From Bacillota bacterium (GTDB lineage: Bacteria > Bacillota_I > Bacilli_A > Izemoplasmatales > Hujiaoplasmataceae), in the NCBI GenBank assembly GCA_035379945.1, contig DAOSWG010000006.1, positions 49,450 to 73,449 of the forward strand: a stretch of 24,000 nucleotides of DNA, read 5' to 3'. This document shows, one piece after another, positions 1 through 9,761 of this stretch. Each line of letters opens with the position of its first letter. Position 1 is the first letter of the stretch. Position numbers and translations under genes: made by a program. The notes under the pieces are model-generated. The model had not been told where the DNA came from. It was given only the letters and a program-made list of their open reading frames with translations, and ran no database searches.

Positions 1-905
1 CGAGCTGGAATTTCATCAACAAGCTCTGGAATATCAGCCGTTATGTCATCATGACTACCGACGGCATGAAAAAAGAAGATATCGTCGTCAAAAGCGATTC
101 GCTCGGATTTGCCGAAAAATGGATTCTCGAACGTCTGGCGGAAACAATAAAAGAAGCCGACCGCCAATTCGACCGGTTCGACTTCGGCGAAGCCGCCAAG
201 GCAATCTACAATTTTACCTGGAACGATTTCGCCGCATGGTATCTTGAAATGAGCAAACTGAACCAGGACTCCGCCACGACTAAATCCGTCCTTCTTTACG
301 TTCTTGATGCGATTATCAAACTGTTGCATCCGTTCATGCCTTTCGTGACGGAAGATATCTATCAGCGGATACCGCACGACATTTTATCAATAACGATCGC
401 CAAATGGCCGACAGCGGAATACAGTTATCCGGAAACATCCGGAAAGGAATACTTTTTCGAGCTGATCAGAAAGGTTCGTCAGATCAGGAACGAATACAAT
501 GTTCCCTATACTAAGAAAATCGCCATAAATATCGAATGCGATCCGGAAGTGAGGACATTCACCCAAGAAAACAGTCAATACATCGAAAGATTTCTCAATC
601 CGGAAAAAATCGTATTTACCCAAAAAGCAGAAAACCACAAACGGGCCATCATGATAAGCATGCCGGAACTCATTGCTTTTATCCCGCTCGGAAGTCTGGT
701 CGACATTGATGCGGAAATCAGTCGACTAAACAAGGAAACCGACCGACTTCAAAAAGAAATCGACCGGAGTAACGCAATGCTAACGAACGAATCGTTCCTG
801 GCAAAGGCTCCGGAAGCCAAAATCGCCCAGGAAAAGGAAAAGCATGAGAATTATCGCAAACAACTGGCTGAAACCAAAGCCAGGTTGCAGGAGCTGACCG
901 AATAG
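1..905 (+). CDS. valS: Valyl-tRNA synthetase, C-terminal part (5' end lies outside the window)
   Basis: The reading frame is open from base 3 (SWNFINKLWNISRYV...), so the CDS starts upstream of the listed ORF at 51. The anticodon-binding region and the C-terminal coiled coil (EISRLNKETDRLQKEIDRSNAMLTNESFLAKAPE) are typical of ValS. folC follows immediately, as in Bacillus. Confidence 0.9.
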   Translation, partial: SWNFINKLWNISRYVIMTTDGMKKEDIVVKSDSLGFAEKWILERLAETIKEADRQFDRFDFGEAAKAIYNFTWNDFAAWYLEMSKLNQDSATTKSVLLYVLDAIIKLLHPFMPFVTEDIYQRIPHDILSITIAKWPTAEYSYPETSGKEYFFELIRKVRQIRNEYNVPYTKKIAINIECDPEVRTFTQENSQYIERFLNPEKIVFTQKAENHKRAIMISMPELIAFIPLGSLVDIDAEISRLNKETDRLQKEIDRSNAMLTNESFLAKAPEAKIAQEKEKHENYRKQLAETKARLQELTE

Positions 906-908
906 GAA

Positions 909-2174
909 ATGTTCAATAATTTTACCGAGGCCAGGGAATGGATCGAGACGCAGAAACGTTTCGGGGAAAAACTCGATCTATCCAAGATGCGCCTAGCCTG
1001 CGCCAAATTGAATCACCCGGAAAATTCCTTCCGATCCGTCCATGTGGCCGGAACCAACGGAAAGGGTTCGACGGTCAATTACATCAAGAACATCCTGGAT
1101 GATGCCGGTTTCAAGGTTGGAGTCTATACTTCCCCCTTTGTCCTGAAATTCAATGAAAGGATCGGCATCGGACAGGAATTCATATCGGACGAGGACGTAG
1201 TAAAATACGCCTCTTTCCTGCGTAATTTCCGCGACCGTCTCTTGACAGAAGACAACGAAGCCCTGACTTTTTTCGAGATCATTACCTTGATGGCATTCAT
1301 GTATTTTCGTGACCAAAAAGTTGATTTTGCCGTCATCGAAGTCGGACTCGGCGGCACGCTTGACGCGACGAACGTCATCACTCCGGAAGTCAGTTGCATC
1401 ACCAACATCTCGTATGACCACATGAAACAATTGGGAAACACCCTGGAAAGCATCGCACTTAACAAACTTGGAATCGTGAAAGATGGTATTCCTCTTGTCA
1501 CCTCGATCGAAAACAAGAGTCTGTTCCCCTTGTTTTCCGAGGTGGTCGCAAAAAATAATACCAGGATGAAAATCGTCGATCTGTCCCTGATTTCCAATGT
1601 GAAAATCGGCGAAGAAACGACATTTATGTACAGAACGGAAGAATACCGTCTGAAAATGGCGGGAATGCACCAGGTTAAAAACGCCGTACTGGCAATCGAA
1701 GCAATCCGTATTTTGAGGCTCAAAGACAATCTGACGATAACAGAAGACAATATCAGAAACGGTCTTGCCGTGACTTCGTGGCCCGGCCGGTTCGAGATAT
1801 TCGAGCATCAGATTGTTTTGGACGGAGCCCATAACATCGGTGCCGTGCTGTCGCTCAAAAAAGCTTTAGCAGATATTTTTCCCGATAGATATATCATCTG
1901 CCTTTTCTGCATGATGAAAGACAAGGAGCACGAGAAAGTGATCCAGGAACTCGACAATGTGGTCGATGAATTTCATTTCGCCGAGATCGAGTATCCGAGA
2001 CGCGCAGATGCCGAAACGCTATTCCAAGAAAGCCATCATCATAATAAGTTCCTTCATCATGACGCCAAAGCGGCCTTTCTGGAACTAAGAGAGCATTTAA
2101 AGGAAAACCAGATTCTCCTGGTGACCGGGTCCTTGTATCTGGTATCGGACATTAGACCGCTTATCGCCAAATAG
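909..2174 (+). CDS. folC: Folylpolyglutamate synthase / dihydrofolate synthase
   Basis: Mur-ligase P-loop HVAGTNGKGST, 421 aa, and conserved valS-folC synteny. Confidence 0.9.
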   Translation: MFNNFTEAREWIETQKRFGEKLDLSKMRLACAKLNHPENSFRSVHVAGTNGKGSTVNYIKNILDDAGFKVGVYTSPFVLKFNERIGIGQEFISDEDVVKYASFLRNFRDRLLTEDNEALTFFEIITLMAFMYFRDQKVDFAVIEVGLGGTLDATNVITPEVSCITNISYDHMKQLGNTLESIALNKLGIVKDGIPLVTSIENKSLFPLFSEVVAKNNTRMKIVDLSLISNVKIGEETTFMYRTEEYRLKMAGMHQVKNAVLAIEAIRILRLKDNLTITEDNIRNGLAVTSWPGRFEIFEHQIVLDGAHNIGAVLSLKKALADIFPDRYIICLFCMMKDKEHEKVIQELDNVVDEFHFAEIEYPRRADAETLFQESHHHNKFLHHDAKAAFLELREHLKENQILLVTGSLYLVSDIRPLIAK

Positions 2175-2179
2175 ATTAA

Positions 2180-2202
2180 AGACCGGGAAACCGGTCTTTT
2201 TT
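2180..2202 (+). terminator. Rho-independent terminator after folC
   Basis: AGACCGG-GAAA-CCGGTCT perfect 7-bp stem followed by TTTTT. Confidence 0.8.
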
Positions 2203-2250
2203 CAAAGAAATAATCCGTAAAGCGCGTATGCTTTAACAGGGTGACAATCC

Positions 2251-2943
2251 ATGTATATGATCAAGGACATTCCCGGTTCCGAACGGCCTCGGGAGAGACT
2301 GTTGACGATCGGAGCGGAAAATCTTTCGATCCACGAACTTCTGGCGATCGTCATATCGACCGGCAGTCAGAATAATTCCGCTTTGGAAACGGCCAGGGAC
2401 ATTCTTTCCGATCTGGAAACAATCGGTGAACTTCGCGACAGGACGGCGGAAGAGTTGATGAAAACGAAAGGAATCGGAGTTTCCAAAGCGACAAAACTAT
2501 TGGCGGCCGTGGAACTCGGGAAAAGGGTGTTAAACGAAAACCGGGAAACTGTTCCGATAAGATCTCCTGCCGATGTCTTCAAACTTTTGAAAGACGAGAT
2601 CGGATTATTGAAACAAGAAGTTCTTTATGCCCTATATCTGGACCTTAAATCGAATTTGATCGCCAAAAGGAAAATATTCGTGGGAGGCTTGAACCAGTCT
2701 GTTGCCCATCCTCGCGAAGTTTTTCGCTATGCCGTCAAATATTCCGCATATCAGATAATTTTGGCTCATAATCATCCCTCCGGGGATCCGGAACCGTCAG
2801 CGAACGACATAGAGATGACGAAACGTTTCCTGGAAGCCGGGGAAATCCTCCAAATATTTCTGGCTGACCATGTGATAATCGGGAAAGCGGGATACGTATC
2901 CATTGTCGATAAATTGAAAAATGGCAGGATCAGGAAAAATTAA
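2251..2943 (+). CDS. radC: RadC-family JAMM/MPN domain protein
   Basis: N-terminal helix-hairpin-helix region (ERPRERLL...LSIHELLAIVISTGS) and the JAMM motif HNHPSGDPEPSANDIEMT. Confidence 0.85.
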   Translation: MYMIKDIPGSERPRERLLTIGAENLSIHELLAIVISTGSQNNSALETARDILSDLETIGELRDRTAEELMKTKGIGVSKATKLLAAVELGKRVLNENRETVPIRSPADVFKLLKDEIGLLKQEVLYALYLDLKSNLIAKRKIFVGGLNQSVAHPREVFRYAVKYSAYQIILAHNHPSGDPEPSANDIEMTKRFLEAGEILQIFLADHVIIGKAGYVSIVDKLKNGRIRKN

Positions 2944-2979
2944 GAATTTGAAAGAACAAATCTGTCGATGAATATGGAC

Positions 2980-3008
2980 TTGACAAAAAAAATCAAAAGC
3001 GATAGAAT
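2980..3008 (+). promoter_or_regulatory. SigmaA-type promoter of ptsI-ptsH
   Basis: TTGACA (2980-2985), a 17-nt spacer, then TAGAAT (3003-3008). It lies about 13 nt upstream of the RAT. Confidence 0.65.
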
Positions 3009-3020
3009 GTGTCTATAAAG

Positions 3021-3051
3021 GGAATGTTACTGATTTATTGCAGGCGTAACC
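3021..3051 (+). promoter_or_regulatory. RAT (ribonucleic antiterminator) target of a BglG/LicT-family antiterminator
   Basis: GGAATGTTACTGATTTATTGCAGGCGTAACC matches the B. subtilis RAT pattern GGnTTGTTACTG...CAGGCnnnACC. Its 3' end overlaps the 5' arm of the terminator that follows. Confidence 0.8.
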
Positions 3052-3078
3052 CATCGAAAATTTTTCTTTGGGTTTTTT
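3048..3078 (+). terminator. Conditional leader terminator upstream of ptsI
   Basis: AACCCA...TGGGTT outer stem plus an inner GAA/TTC pairing, followed by TTTT. It overlaps the RAT at AACC. Confidence 0.65.
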
Positions 3079-3120
3079 ATTTGCTTTTAACGTATGGATG
3101 GATTCCGGGCGGAGGTAAAT

Positions 3121-4839
3121 ATGCGAAAATACAGCAAAGGTGTCACGATTGTAGAAGGCATCGCTATCGGCAAAGCCAGCATTTTATTTCGGGATAGTAT
3201 CGATACAAAAAACATTGCTTATATCATCGGAAACGAATACGAAAAGGAAATCGCTTTATTTGAAGCGACCCGTCAGACAGTTCTTGAAAAAATTAACGAA
3301 TTGCAAAGCAACATGAAGAAAAAAAATCCGGAAGAAGCGAAAATATTCGACGCTCACGCCGAAATCGTCAAGGATCCCGAACTGGAAAAGAAAGTCCGTC
3401 TTCTGATAAAGCAAAAAAATTATACCTGCCGAAGCGCCTTGCTTGTTTCGTTTAAAGAGATATCAAATATGCTTGAACAGATTGACGATGAACTGATCAA
3501 GGAACGGGCGAAAGATATCGAAGACATAGGAAAAATGTTCATCGATACGATAGATGGCGACAAAAACAAAAATGCTAACATGTTTTATGAAGAAGGAACG
3601 ATACTCATCGCCGAAGAATTGTTTCCGTCCGATCTGGCATCTGTCTCCAAAGACTATATCAAGGGAATCGCACTTTCGAAAGGAAGCGCGACATCGCATG
3701 TCGCGATCATGGCCAAAGGTTTGAAAATACCCACAGTATTCGGGATAACCGGAATTACCGATATGATCAAGCAAGGCGATGAGATTATTATCGACGGGTA
3801 CAACGGAACCATTTATGAAAATCCCGATTCAGCGACATTGGATAAATATAACGATCTTAGGAAAAATTATGAAACAAAACAAAAAAAAGAAAGAGATATT
3901 CTGAAAAGAATCCCGTTCACAACGGACAAAACGCGAATCGATTTGGCCGTAAACATCGGCTCATCCAACAGTTACAAACCTGAAATCGCCCAGTTTACCG
4001 ACGGAGTCGGTCTGATGCGGACGGAATTCCTTTTTATGGAAAGAAACGACTTTCCGTCCGAAGAAGAACAATTCGACGTCTATCGTTCGGTTCTTCAGGA
4101 CTTCGCAGGAAAACCGGTCGTTTTGCGGACATTAGATATCGGTGGCGATAAGAAACTGAATTATCTGCCGCTTCCCGAAGAGGAAAATCCATTTTTAGGA
4201 TGCCGTGCCATCAGACTATGTTTTGAAAATCCTGAGATAATGCACACGCAACTGCGCGCTGCATTTCGTGCTTCGGCGTATGGAAATCTACAGATAATGT
4301 ATCCCATGGTGGGAAGTCTAGACGACTGGAACAGAATACAGGGATTTGTTGAGAAAGTAAAAAAAGAGTTACAGGAAAAAAATATTCCATTCGGTTTAAT
4401 CAAACAAGGAATCATGATCGAGATTCCCTCGATCGTCATGCTGGCAGAAGAAATCAGTAAGGAAGTCGATTTTGCCAGTATCGGAACAAATGATCTGGCG
4501 CAATACTTAACAGCAACCGACCGCATGAGCGATCTGGTCAGACCATATTATCAGAGTTTCACACCAGGTCTGTTCCGTTTCATTAAAATCGCCATTGATG
4601 CTTTTCACAAAAATAAAAAGCCGTTATCAGTCTGTGGCGAACTTGGGGGAGATCCTCGCGGTGCGGCGATTCTTATCGGAATGGGAATCAGAAAACTAAG
4701 CGTAAGTCCAAGTCTTTTGGCAAACATAAAGGAACTTGTGACGACAAAATCGCTTGTCGAACTGGAAGAAATTGCAGAAAATGTTTTGAATTTCGGAAAG
4801 CAAGATGAAGTATTGGATTACATTAACAAAAAACTATAA
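3121..4839 (+). CDS. ptsI: Phosphoenolpyruvate-protein phosphotransferase (PTS Enzyme I)
   Basis: Active-site His region GSATSHVAIMAKG, the PEP-utilizer TIM-barrel motifs (GLMRTEFLF, IGTNDLAQY) and CGELGGDP. I chose the start at ATG 3121 (GGAGG at 3111-3115) rather than the ORF-track ATG at 3094, which abuts the terminator T-run. Confidence 0.92.
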   Translation: MRKYSKGVTIVEGIAIGKASILFRDSIDTKNIAYIIGNEYEKEIALFEATRQTVLEKINELQSNMKKKNPEEAKIFDAHAEIVKDPELEKKVRLLIKQKNYTCRSALLVSFKEISNMLEQIDDELIKERAKDIEDIGKMFIDTIDGDKNKNANMFYEEGTILIAEELFPSDLASVSKDYIKGIALSKGSATSHVAIMAKGLKIPTVFGITGITDMIKQGDEIIIDGYNGTIYENPDSATLDKYNDLRKNYETKQKKERDILKRIPFTTDKTRIDLAVNIGSSNSYKPEIAQFTDGVGLMRTEFLFMERNDFPSEEEQFDVYRSVLQDFAGKPVVLRTLDIGGDKKLNYLPLPEEENPFLGCRAIRLCFENPEIMHTQLRAAFRASAYGNLQIMYPMVGSLDDWNRIQGFVEKVKKELQEKNIPFGLIKQGIMIEIPSIVMLAEEISKEVDFASIGTNDLAQYLTATDRMSDLVRPYYQSFTPGLFRFIKIAIDAFHKNKKPLSVCGELGGDPRGAAILIGMGIRKLSVSPSLLANIKELVTTKSLVELEEIAENVLNFGKQDEVLDYINKKL

Positions 4840-4854
4840 AGGGAGCCGAATGAA

Positions 4855-5118
4855 ATGGTTAGCAAGGATGTAATGGTTGAATGTGAAAATGGGCTTCATG
4901 CTAGACCCGCAGCCAGTTTTGCTTTTGCGGCTGCCCAGTTCGAATCGGAAGTAACAATAGCCAAATCAGAATCACAAGACCTTGGCGTGAACGCGAAATC
5001 CGTTATTTCCGTTCTTTCTTTAGGAGTAAGGAAAAACGAATCCGTTAAATTGACCGCGATCGGTTCGGACGAAGAAAAGGCAATAAGGGAACTGACAATG
5101 TTTTTAAGAAATAATTAG
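4855..5118 (+). CDS. ptsH: Phosphocarrier protein HPr
   Basis: 87 aa. His15 sits in GLHARPA, and the HprK-type serine sits in NAKSVISVLSLG. RBS AAGGGAG lies upstream. Confidence 0.9.
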   Translation: MVSKDVMVECENGLHARPAASFAFAAAQFESEVTIAKSESQDLGVNAKSVISVLSLGVRKNESVKLTAIGSDEEKAIRELTMFLRNN

Positions 5119-5136
5119 AAATTCGGCTTTTTGTGA

Positions 5137-5150
5137 TGAAAGAGTTTTCA
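5137..5150 (+). promoter_or_regulatory. Candidate cre (CcpA/HPr-Ser-P) operator
   Basis: TGAAAGAGTTTTCA against the consensus TGWAANCGNTNWCA. There is one mismatch, at the central C. The site is palindromic at its ends (TGAAA...TTTCA) and lies 10 nt upstream of the -35 of the bgl promoter. Confidence 0.35.
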
Positions 5151-5159
5151 CATAATATA

Positions 5160-5188
5160 TTGACAAGTGCATAATCTGATGATAAAAT
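5160..5188 (+). promoter_or_regulatory. SigmaA-type promoter of the beta-glucoside PTS genes
   Basis: TTGACA (5160-5165), a 17-nt spacer, then TAAAAT (5183-5188). Confidence 0.65.
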
Positions 5189-5201
5189 CAAGACGAAAAA
5201 G

Positions 5202-5229
5202 GGAATGTTACTGCATTTCAGGCATAACC
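5202..5229 (+). promoter_or_regulatory. RAT (ribonucleic antiterminator) element
   Basis: GGAATGTTACTGCATTTCAGGCATAACC. It shares GGAATGTTACTG and CAGGC-TAACC with the RAT at 3021 and overlaps the terminator that follows. Confidence 0.85.
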
Positions 5230-5265
5230 CGGATGTAAGCTTTTAGCTTGCATTCGGGTTTTTTT
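5226..5265 (+). terminator. Conditional leader terminator upstream of the EIIBC gene
   Basis: 15-bp stem AACCCGGATGTAAGC / GCTTGCATTCGGGTT (two G-U pairs) with loop TTTTA, followed by TTTTT. Confidence 0.85.
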
Positions 5266-5305
5266 ATTAAAAAGGATAAAGCAACAAAAATATAAGGAGG
5301 AAGCA

Positions 5306-6688
5306 ATGGATTACAAAGAGTTGGCAAGCGCGATCGTACTTGCCGTCGGCGGAGAGGACAATATCGTAAACGTTGCCCACTGCGCCACAAGACTGCGCTT
5401 CGTACTGAAGGACACGGAAAAATTCAACGAAGAAGCGCTGAAAAAAATCGATGGTGTCATCAACACCATGTCGTTCGGGGGACAGTATCAGGTGATCATC
5501 GGCCCTCATGCAAAGGATGTTTTTCCTTTCATGCCGTCAAAAGGAAAAGGCGAAAAGAAGGAAAAAAGTGACAAAAAGAAAGGATTCAAACATGTTTTGG
5601 CTTCGATTGCCGAGTTTTTGAGCGCATCGATCGGTGTCGCTATCATTCCGCTGATCGGAGCCGGTATGATCAAAGCCATTCTAACGATGTTGATTCAATT
5701 CGGATGGCTCGGGACCGATAACAACACTTACATCGTTCTTTATTTTGCGGCAGATGCGATATGGTATTTCATACCTGTATTTCTAGCGATCGGAGCCGCG
5801 CGCAAACTGGGAAGCGATCCAATTTTGGCCGTCTTAATGGCATGCATAATGCTGAGCCCGACATTTGTGAGTTATGTAAATGCCGGAACTCCGCTGACGA
5901 TATTCGGACTGCCGATCACATTGACAACATACGGACAATCATTCTTGCCGATATTGCTTACTGTCTATGTCATGAGCCTGTTGGAAAAAGCCTTAAAGAA
6001 ATACATTCCTTCTGGTGCTCAAATGTTGTTGGTGCCAGTATTGATCATATTGATCATGACTCCGGTGGCGTTGGTTTTGACGGGTCCGTTGACAAACTGG
6101 GCGGCAATTCTTATTGCTAAACCTTTGGAAGCAATCTCTGATTACACGTGGATTTTGGTCATGATTTTGGCGGCATTGATGCCAATTCTCATCATGTTCG
6201 GATTACACGGAGCGATTGTGACATTTATTATCCTGACATGGTATGTCACGGTCGGATATGATCCGGTATTCATGGTTGCCGCGCTTTGCGCCCATATCTC
6301 AATCGGTACGACAGCAATCGTGGTCGGAATAAAGACCAAGAACCGCGTCATGAGAAGCACCGCTTATTCCAGCGGAGTCACCATGCTGATAGGAAACGTC
6401 AGCGAACCGGCAATTTTCGGAGTTTTGCTAAGATCCAAAAAAGCTTTGATCACAACTTGTATTTCCGCAGGTATCACCGGACTATATGCCGGTTTGATGG
6501 GAGTCAAGTGCTATGTCATTGCTGGAGCCAGCTGGTTGTTCATGCCGCTATTCATCGGTGACGGTTCCACATGGTTTGCCGTAATATCGACAGTTATATT
6601 AGCCACAATTCTATCAGGTGTCCTTGCCTTTATTTTCTACAAGGATCCAGCCGATCTGGCTAAGAATCCCGAAACTGAAAACGCATAA
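5306..6688 (+). CDS. PTS beta-glucoside-family transporter, EIIB-EIIC (no EIIA domain)
   Basis: N-terminal EIIB domain with the phosphorylatable Cys in VAHCATRLRF, a K-rich linker, then a roughly 10-TM EIIC body. RBS AAGGAGG at 5294-5300. Confidence 0.9.
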   Translation: MDYKELASAIVLAVGGEDNIVNVAHCATRLRFVLKDTEKFNEEALKKIDGVINTMSFGGQYQVIIGPHAKDVFPFMPSKGKGEKKEKSDKKKGFKHVLASIAEFLSASIGVAIIPLIGAGMIKAILTMLIQFGWLGTDNNTYIVLYFAADAIWYFIPVFLAIGAARKLGSDPILAVLMACIMLSPTFVSYVNAGTPLTIFGLPITLTTYGQSFLPILLTVYVMSLLEKALKKYIPSGAQMLLVPVLIILIMTPVALVLTGPLTNWAAILIAKPLEAISDYTWILVMILAALMPILIMFGLHGAIVTFIILTWYVTVGYDPVFMVAALCAHISIGTTAIVVGIKTKNRVMRSTAYSSGVTMLIGNVSEPAIFGVLLRSKKALITTCISAGITGLYAGLMGVKCYVIAGASWLFMPLFIGDGSTWFAVISTVILATILSGVLAFIFYKDPADLAKNPETENA

Positions 6689-6694
6689 TCATAA

Positions 6695-8230
<1,536 letters not shown>

Positions 8231-8409
8231 ATCGGCAGTATATAAGTATAGATACGAACGGAAACACAAAATGACACAATATCGGCTCTTATGGACATAT
8301 TGTCGTCAAGACGTAATATAATATATATTGTATGACATGATTATTTCAATCCAGACGGGACGCTATCATTGCCTTTCAAGACCAATATATATCGATCGGA
8401 AGGTTTATC

Positions 8410-9270
8410 ATGAAAATAACCAGAATATTGAATAATAATGTCGCTGAATCCCAACGAAACGGCAGAGATGTGGTAGTGATGGGCAACGGGTTGGCTTTCG
8501 GGAAAAAAATCGGCGATAAAATCGAAGAAGAGAAAATCGAAAAGACCTTTGAACTATCTAACGACACGAATATTTCCGCTAGAATCTATCAACTTATCGA
8601 AGCCATACCGTTCGAATACTGGGATTTCACTTTCGATGTCGAAAAATTGGTTTTTGACGAAACCCATTTTGTCATTTCGTCCGGGTTTTACATTTCGCTT
8701 TTAGATCATATCTACACAGCCGTGAAAAGAGCCAAAGAAGGGATTCATATTCCCAATTTCTTTACTTATGACATAAGAAAATTCTATGAACCGGAATTTG
8801 TTTTGGCAAAGAAAATCGTGGCTTGCATGAATGAAAGATTCAATGTGATAACCGATGAAAATGAAGACACATTCATCGTTATGCATCTGATTGATGCTCA
8901 ATTCAGCGGCGATATCGGAGTGATGAATCGCGTTATAGACATAACAAACAAAGTACTTTTGATTGTCGGACGGTTTTGGAAAAACAAAATCGACACCGAA
9001 TCAATAGAATACGAAAGATTCAAAACACATCTAAGATATTTTATCGAAAGGGCGTTCGCTAATCAAAGCGAAAAATCAAAAATCGACGGTGTGGAAACCA
9101 TTTTGGCGGATTTGGGGCATAAATATCCGATTCAGTATGCCTGTGTGGAAAGTATAAAGGATTATATTCAAAAAGAATTGAACATATTGGTAAATAAAGA
9201 CGAAGAATTTTATATTATGCTACATTTGATCAAGATTATGAATAAACAGGAAGGAACAAGCTTATGTTGA
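8410..9270 (+). CDS. licT: BglG/LicT-family PRD-containing transcription antiterminator
   Basis: The CAT domain MKITRILNNNVAESQRNGRDVVVMGNGLAFGKK aligns closely with B. subtilis LicT. Two PRDs are present with four conserved His contexts: LLDHIY, IVMHLID, FKTHLRY and IMLHLIK. Confidence 0.9.
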   Translation: MKITRILNNNVAESQRNGRDVVVMGNGLAFGKKIGDKIEEEKIEKTFELSNDTNISARIYQLIEAIPFEYWDFTFDVEKLVFDETHFVISSGFYISLLDHIYTAVKRAKEGIHIPNFFTYDIRKFYEPEFVLAKKIVACMNERFNVITDENEDTFIVMHLIDAQFSGDIGVMNRVIDITNKVLLIVGRFWKNKIDTESIEYERFKTHLRYFIERAFANQSEKSKIDGVETILADLGHKYPIQYACVESIKDYIQKELNILVNKDEEFYIMLHLIKIMNKQEGTSLC

Positions 9271-9761
9271 ATTTCTTGCATGCCGAAAAGAAAACGAAAG
9301 AACATGAAAAATGCTTTGTATATAGCCCGGTGAAAGGGCATGTATTCCCAATCGAAGAAATAAGCGACGAAGCTTTCAGCAAGCATATGTTGGGAGACGG
9401 ATTTGCCGTCAATCCAGTAAGTAACCAAATAGTCTCACCGGTTAACGGGAAAATAACAGCCGTGTTTCCCACAAATCACGCCATTGCTATCACGGCAGAA
9501 AATGGGACGGAAATTTTGATTCATATCGGAATAGATACAGTGAATCTGAACGGATCCTTTTTCCATTCCTTAGCCCGGATGAAACAAAAGGTCGTCGTCG
9601 GGATGCCGCTCATCATGGTGGAATTCGCAAAAATAGCAGAGAAAGGCTACGAGATTCCGGTCATTGTTGTAGTGACGAACTTGAATGAAGGATATAAAAT
9701 TCAAAAGAATATAGATGCTTTCGACAATGAACCGGTATTAGAAATTGAAAGAGGCGAATGA
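9264..9761 (+). CDS. PTS EIIA component, glucose family (stand-alone)
   Basis: HAIAITAENGTEILIHIGIDTVNLNG contains both EIIA(Glc) histidines. The start overlaps the licT stop by 7 nt, and GGAAGGA lies 8 nt upstream. Confidence 0.88.
   Translation: MLNFLHAEKKTKEHEKCFVYSPVKGHVFPIEEISDEAFSKHMLGDGFAVNPVSNQIVSPVNGKITAVFPTNHAIAITAENGTEILIHIGIDTVNLNGSFFHSLARMKQKVVVGMPLIMVEFAKIAEKGYEIPVIVVVTNLNEGYKIQKNIDAFDNEPVLEIERGE

Noticed and set aside
993-1832. Long antisense ORFs (993-1832 and 1124-1750, minus strand) inside folC
   Set aside because: They lie entirely within a confidently identified gene on the opposite strand. Their sequences are low-complexity and non-family-like, with no SD. They are typical shadow ORFs.
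3009-3197. 62-aa + strand ORF spanning the ptsI leader
   Set aside because: It covers the RAT, the terminator and the ptsI start region. That sequence is better explained as regulatory RNA plus the 5' end of ptsI in another frame.
5132-5152. TGTGA...TCACA, a CRP/CAP-like inverted repeat
   Set aside because: The half-sites are separated by 11 nt rather than the 6 nt of the CRP consensus, and CRP-type regulation is not expected in this kind of genome. The inner TGAAA...TTTCA cre-like reading fits better.
5761-6561. Alternative-frame ORFs (5761-6120, 6286-6561 on +; 6142-6360 on -) within the EIIBC gene
   Set aside because: They are embedded in a clear EIIC membrane domain. They are Arg/His-rich frame-shifted translations with no start context.
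6676-6690. cre-like sequence TGAAAACGCATAATC at the 3' end of the EIIBC gene
   Set aside because: It has three mismatches to TGWAANCGNTNWCA in the right half, including the conserved C-A. It lies inside coding sequence.
8271-8321. 16-codon mini-ORF (MTQYRLLWTYCRQDVI) in the AT-rich spacer before licT
   Set aside because: It has no convincing SD and no leader-peptide logic, and RAT systems do not use one. An ORF of this length is expected by chance.
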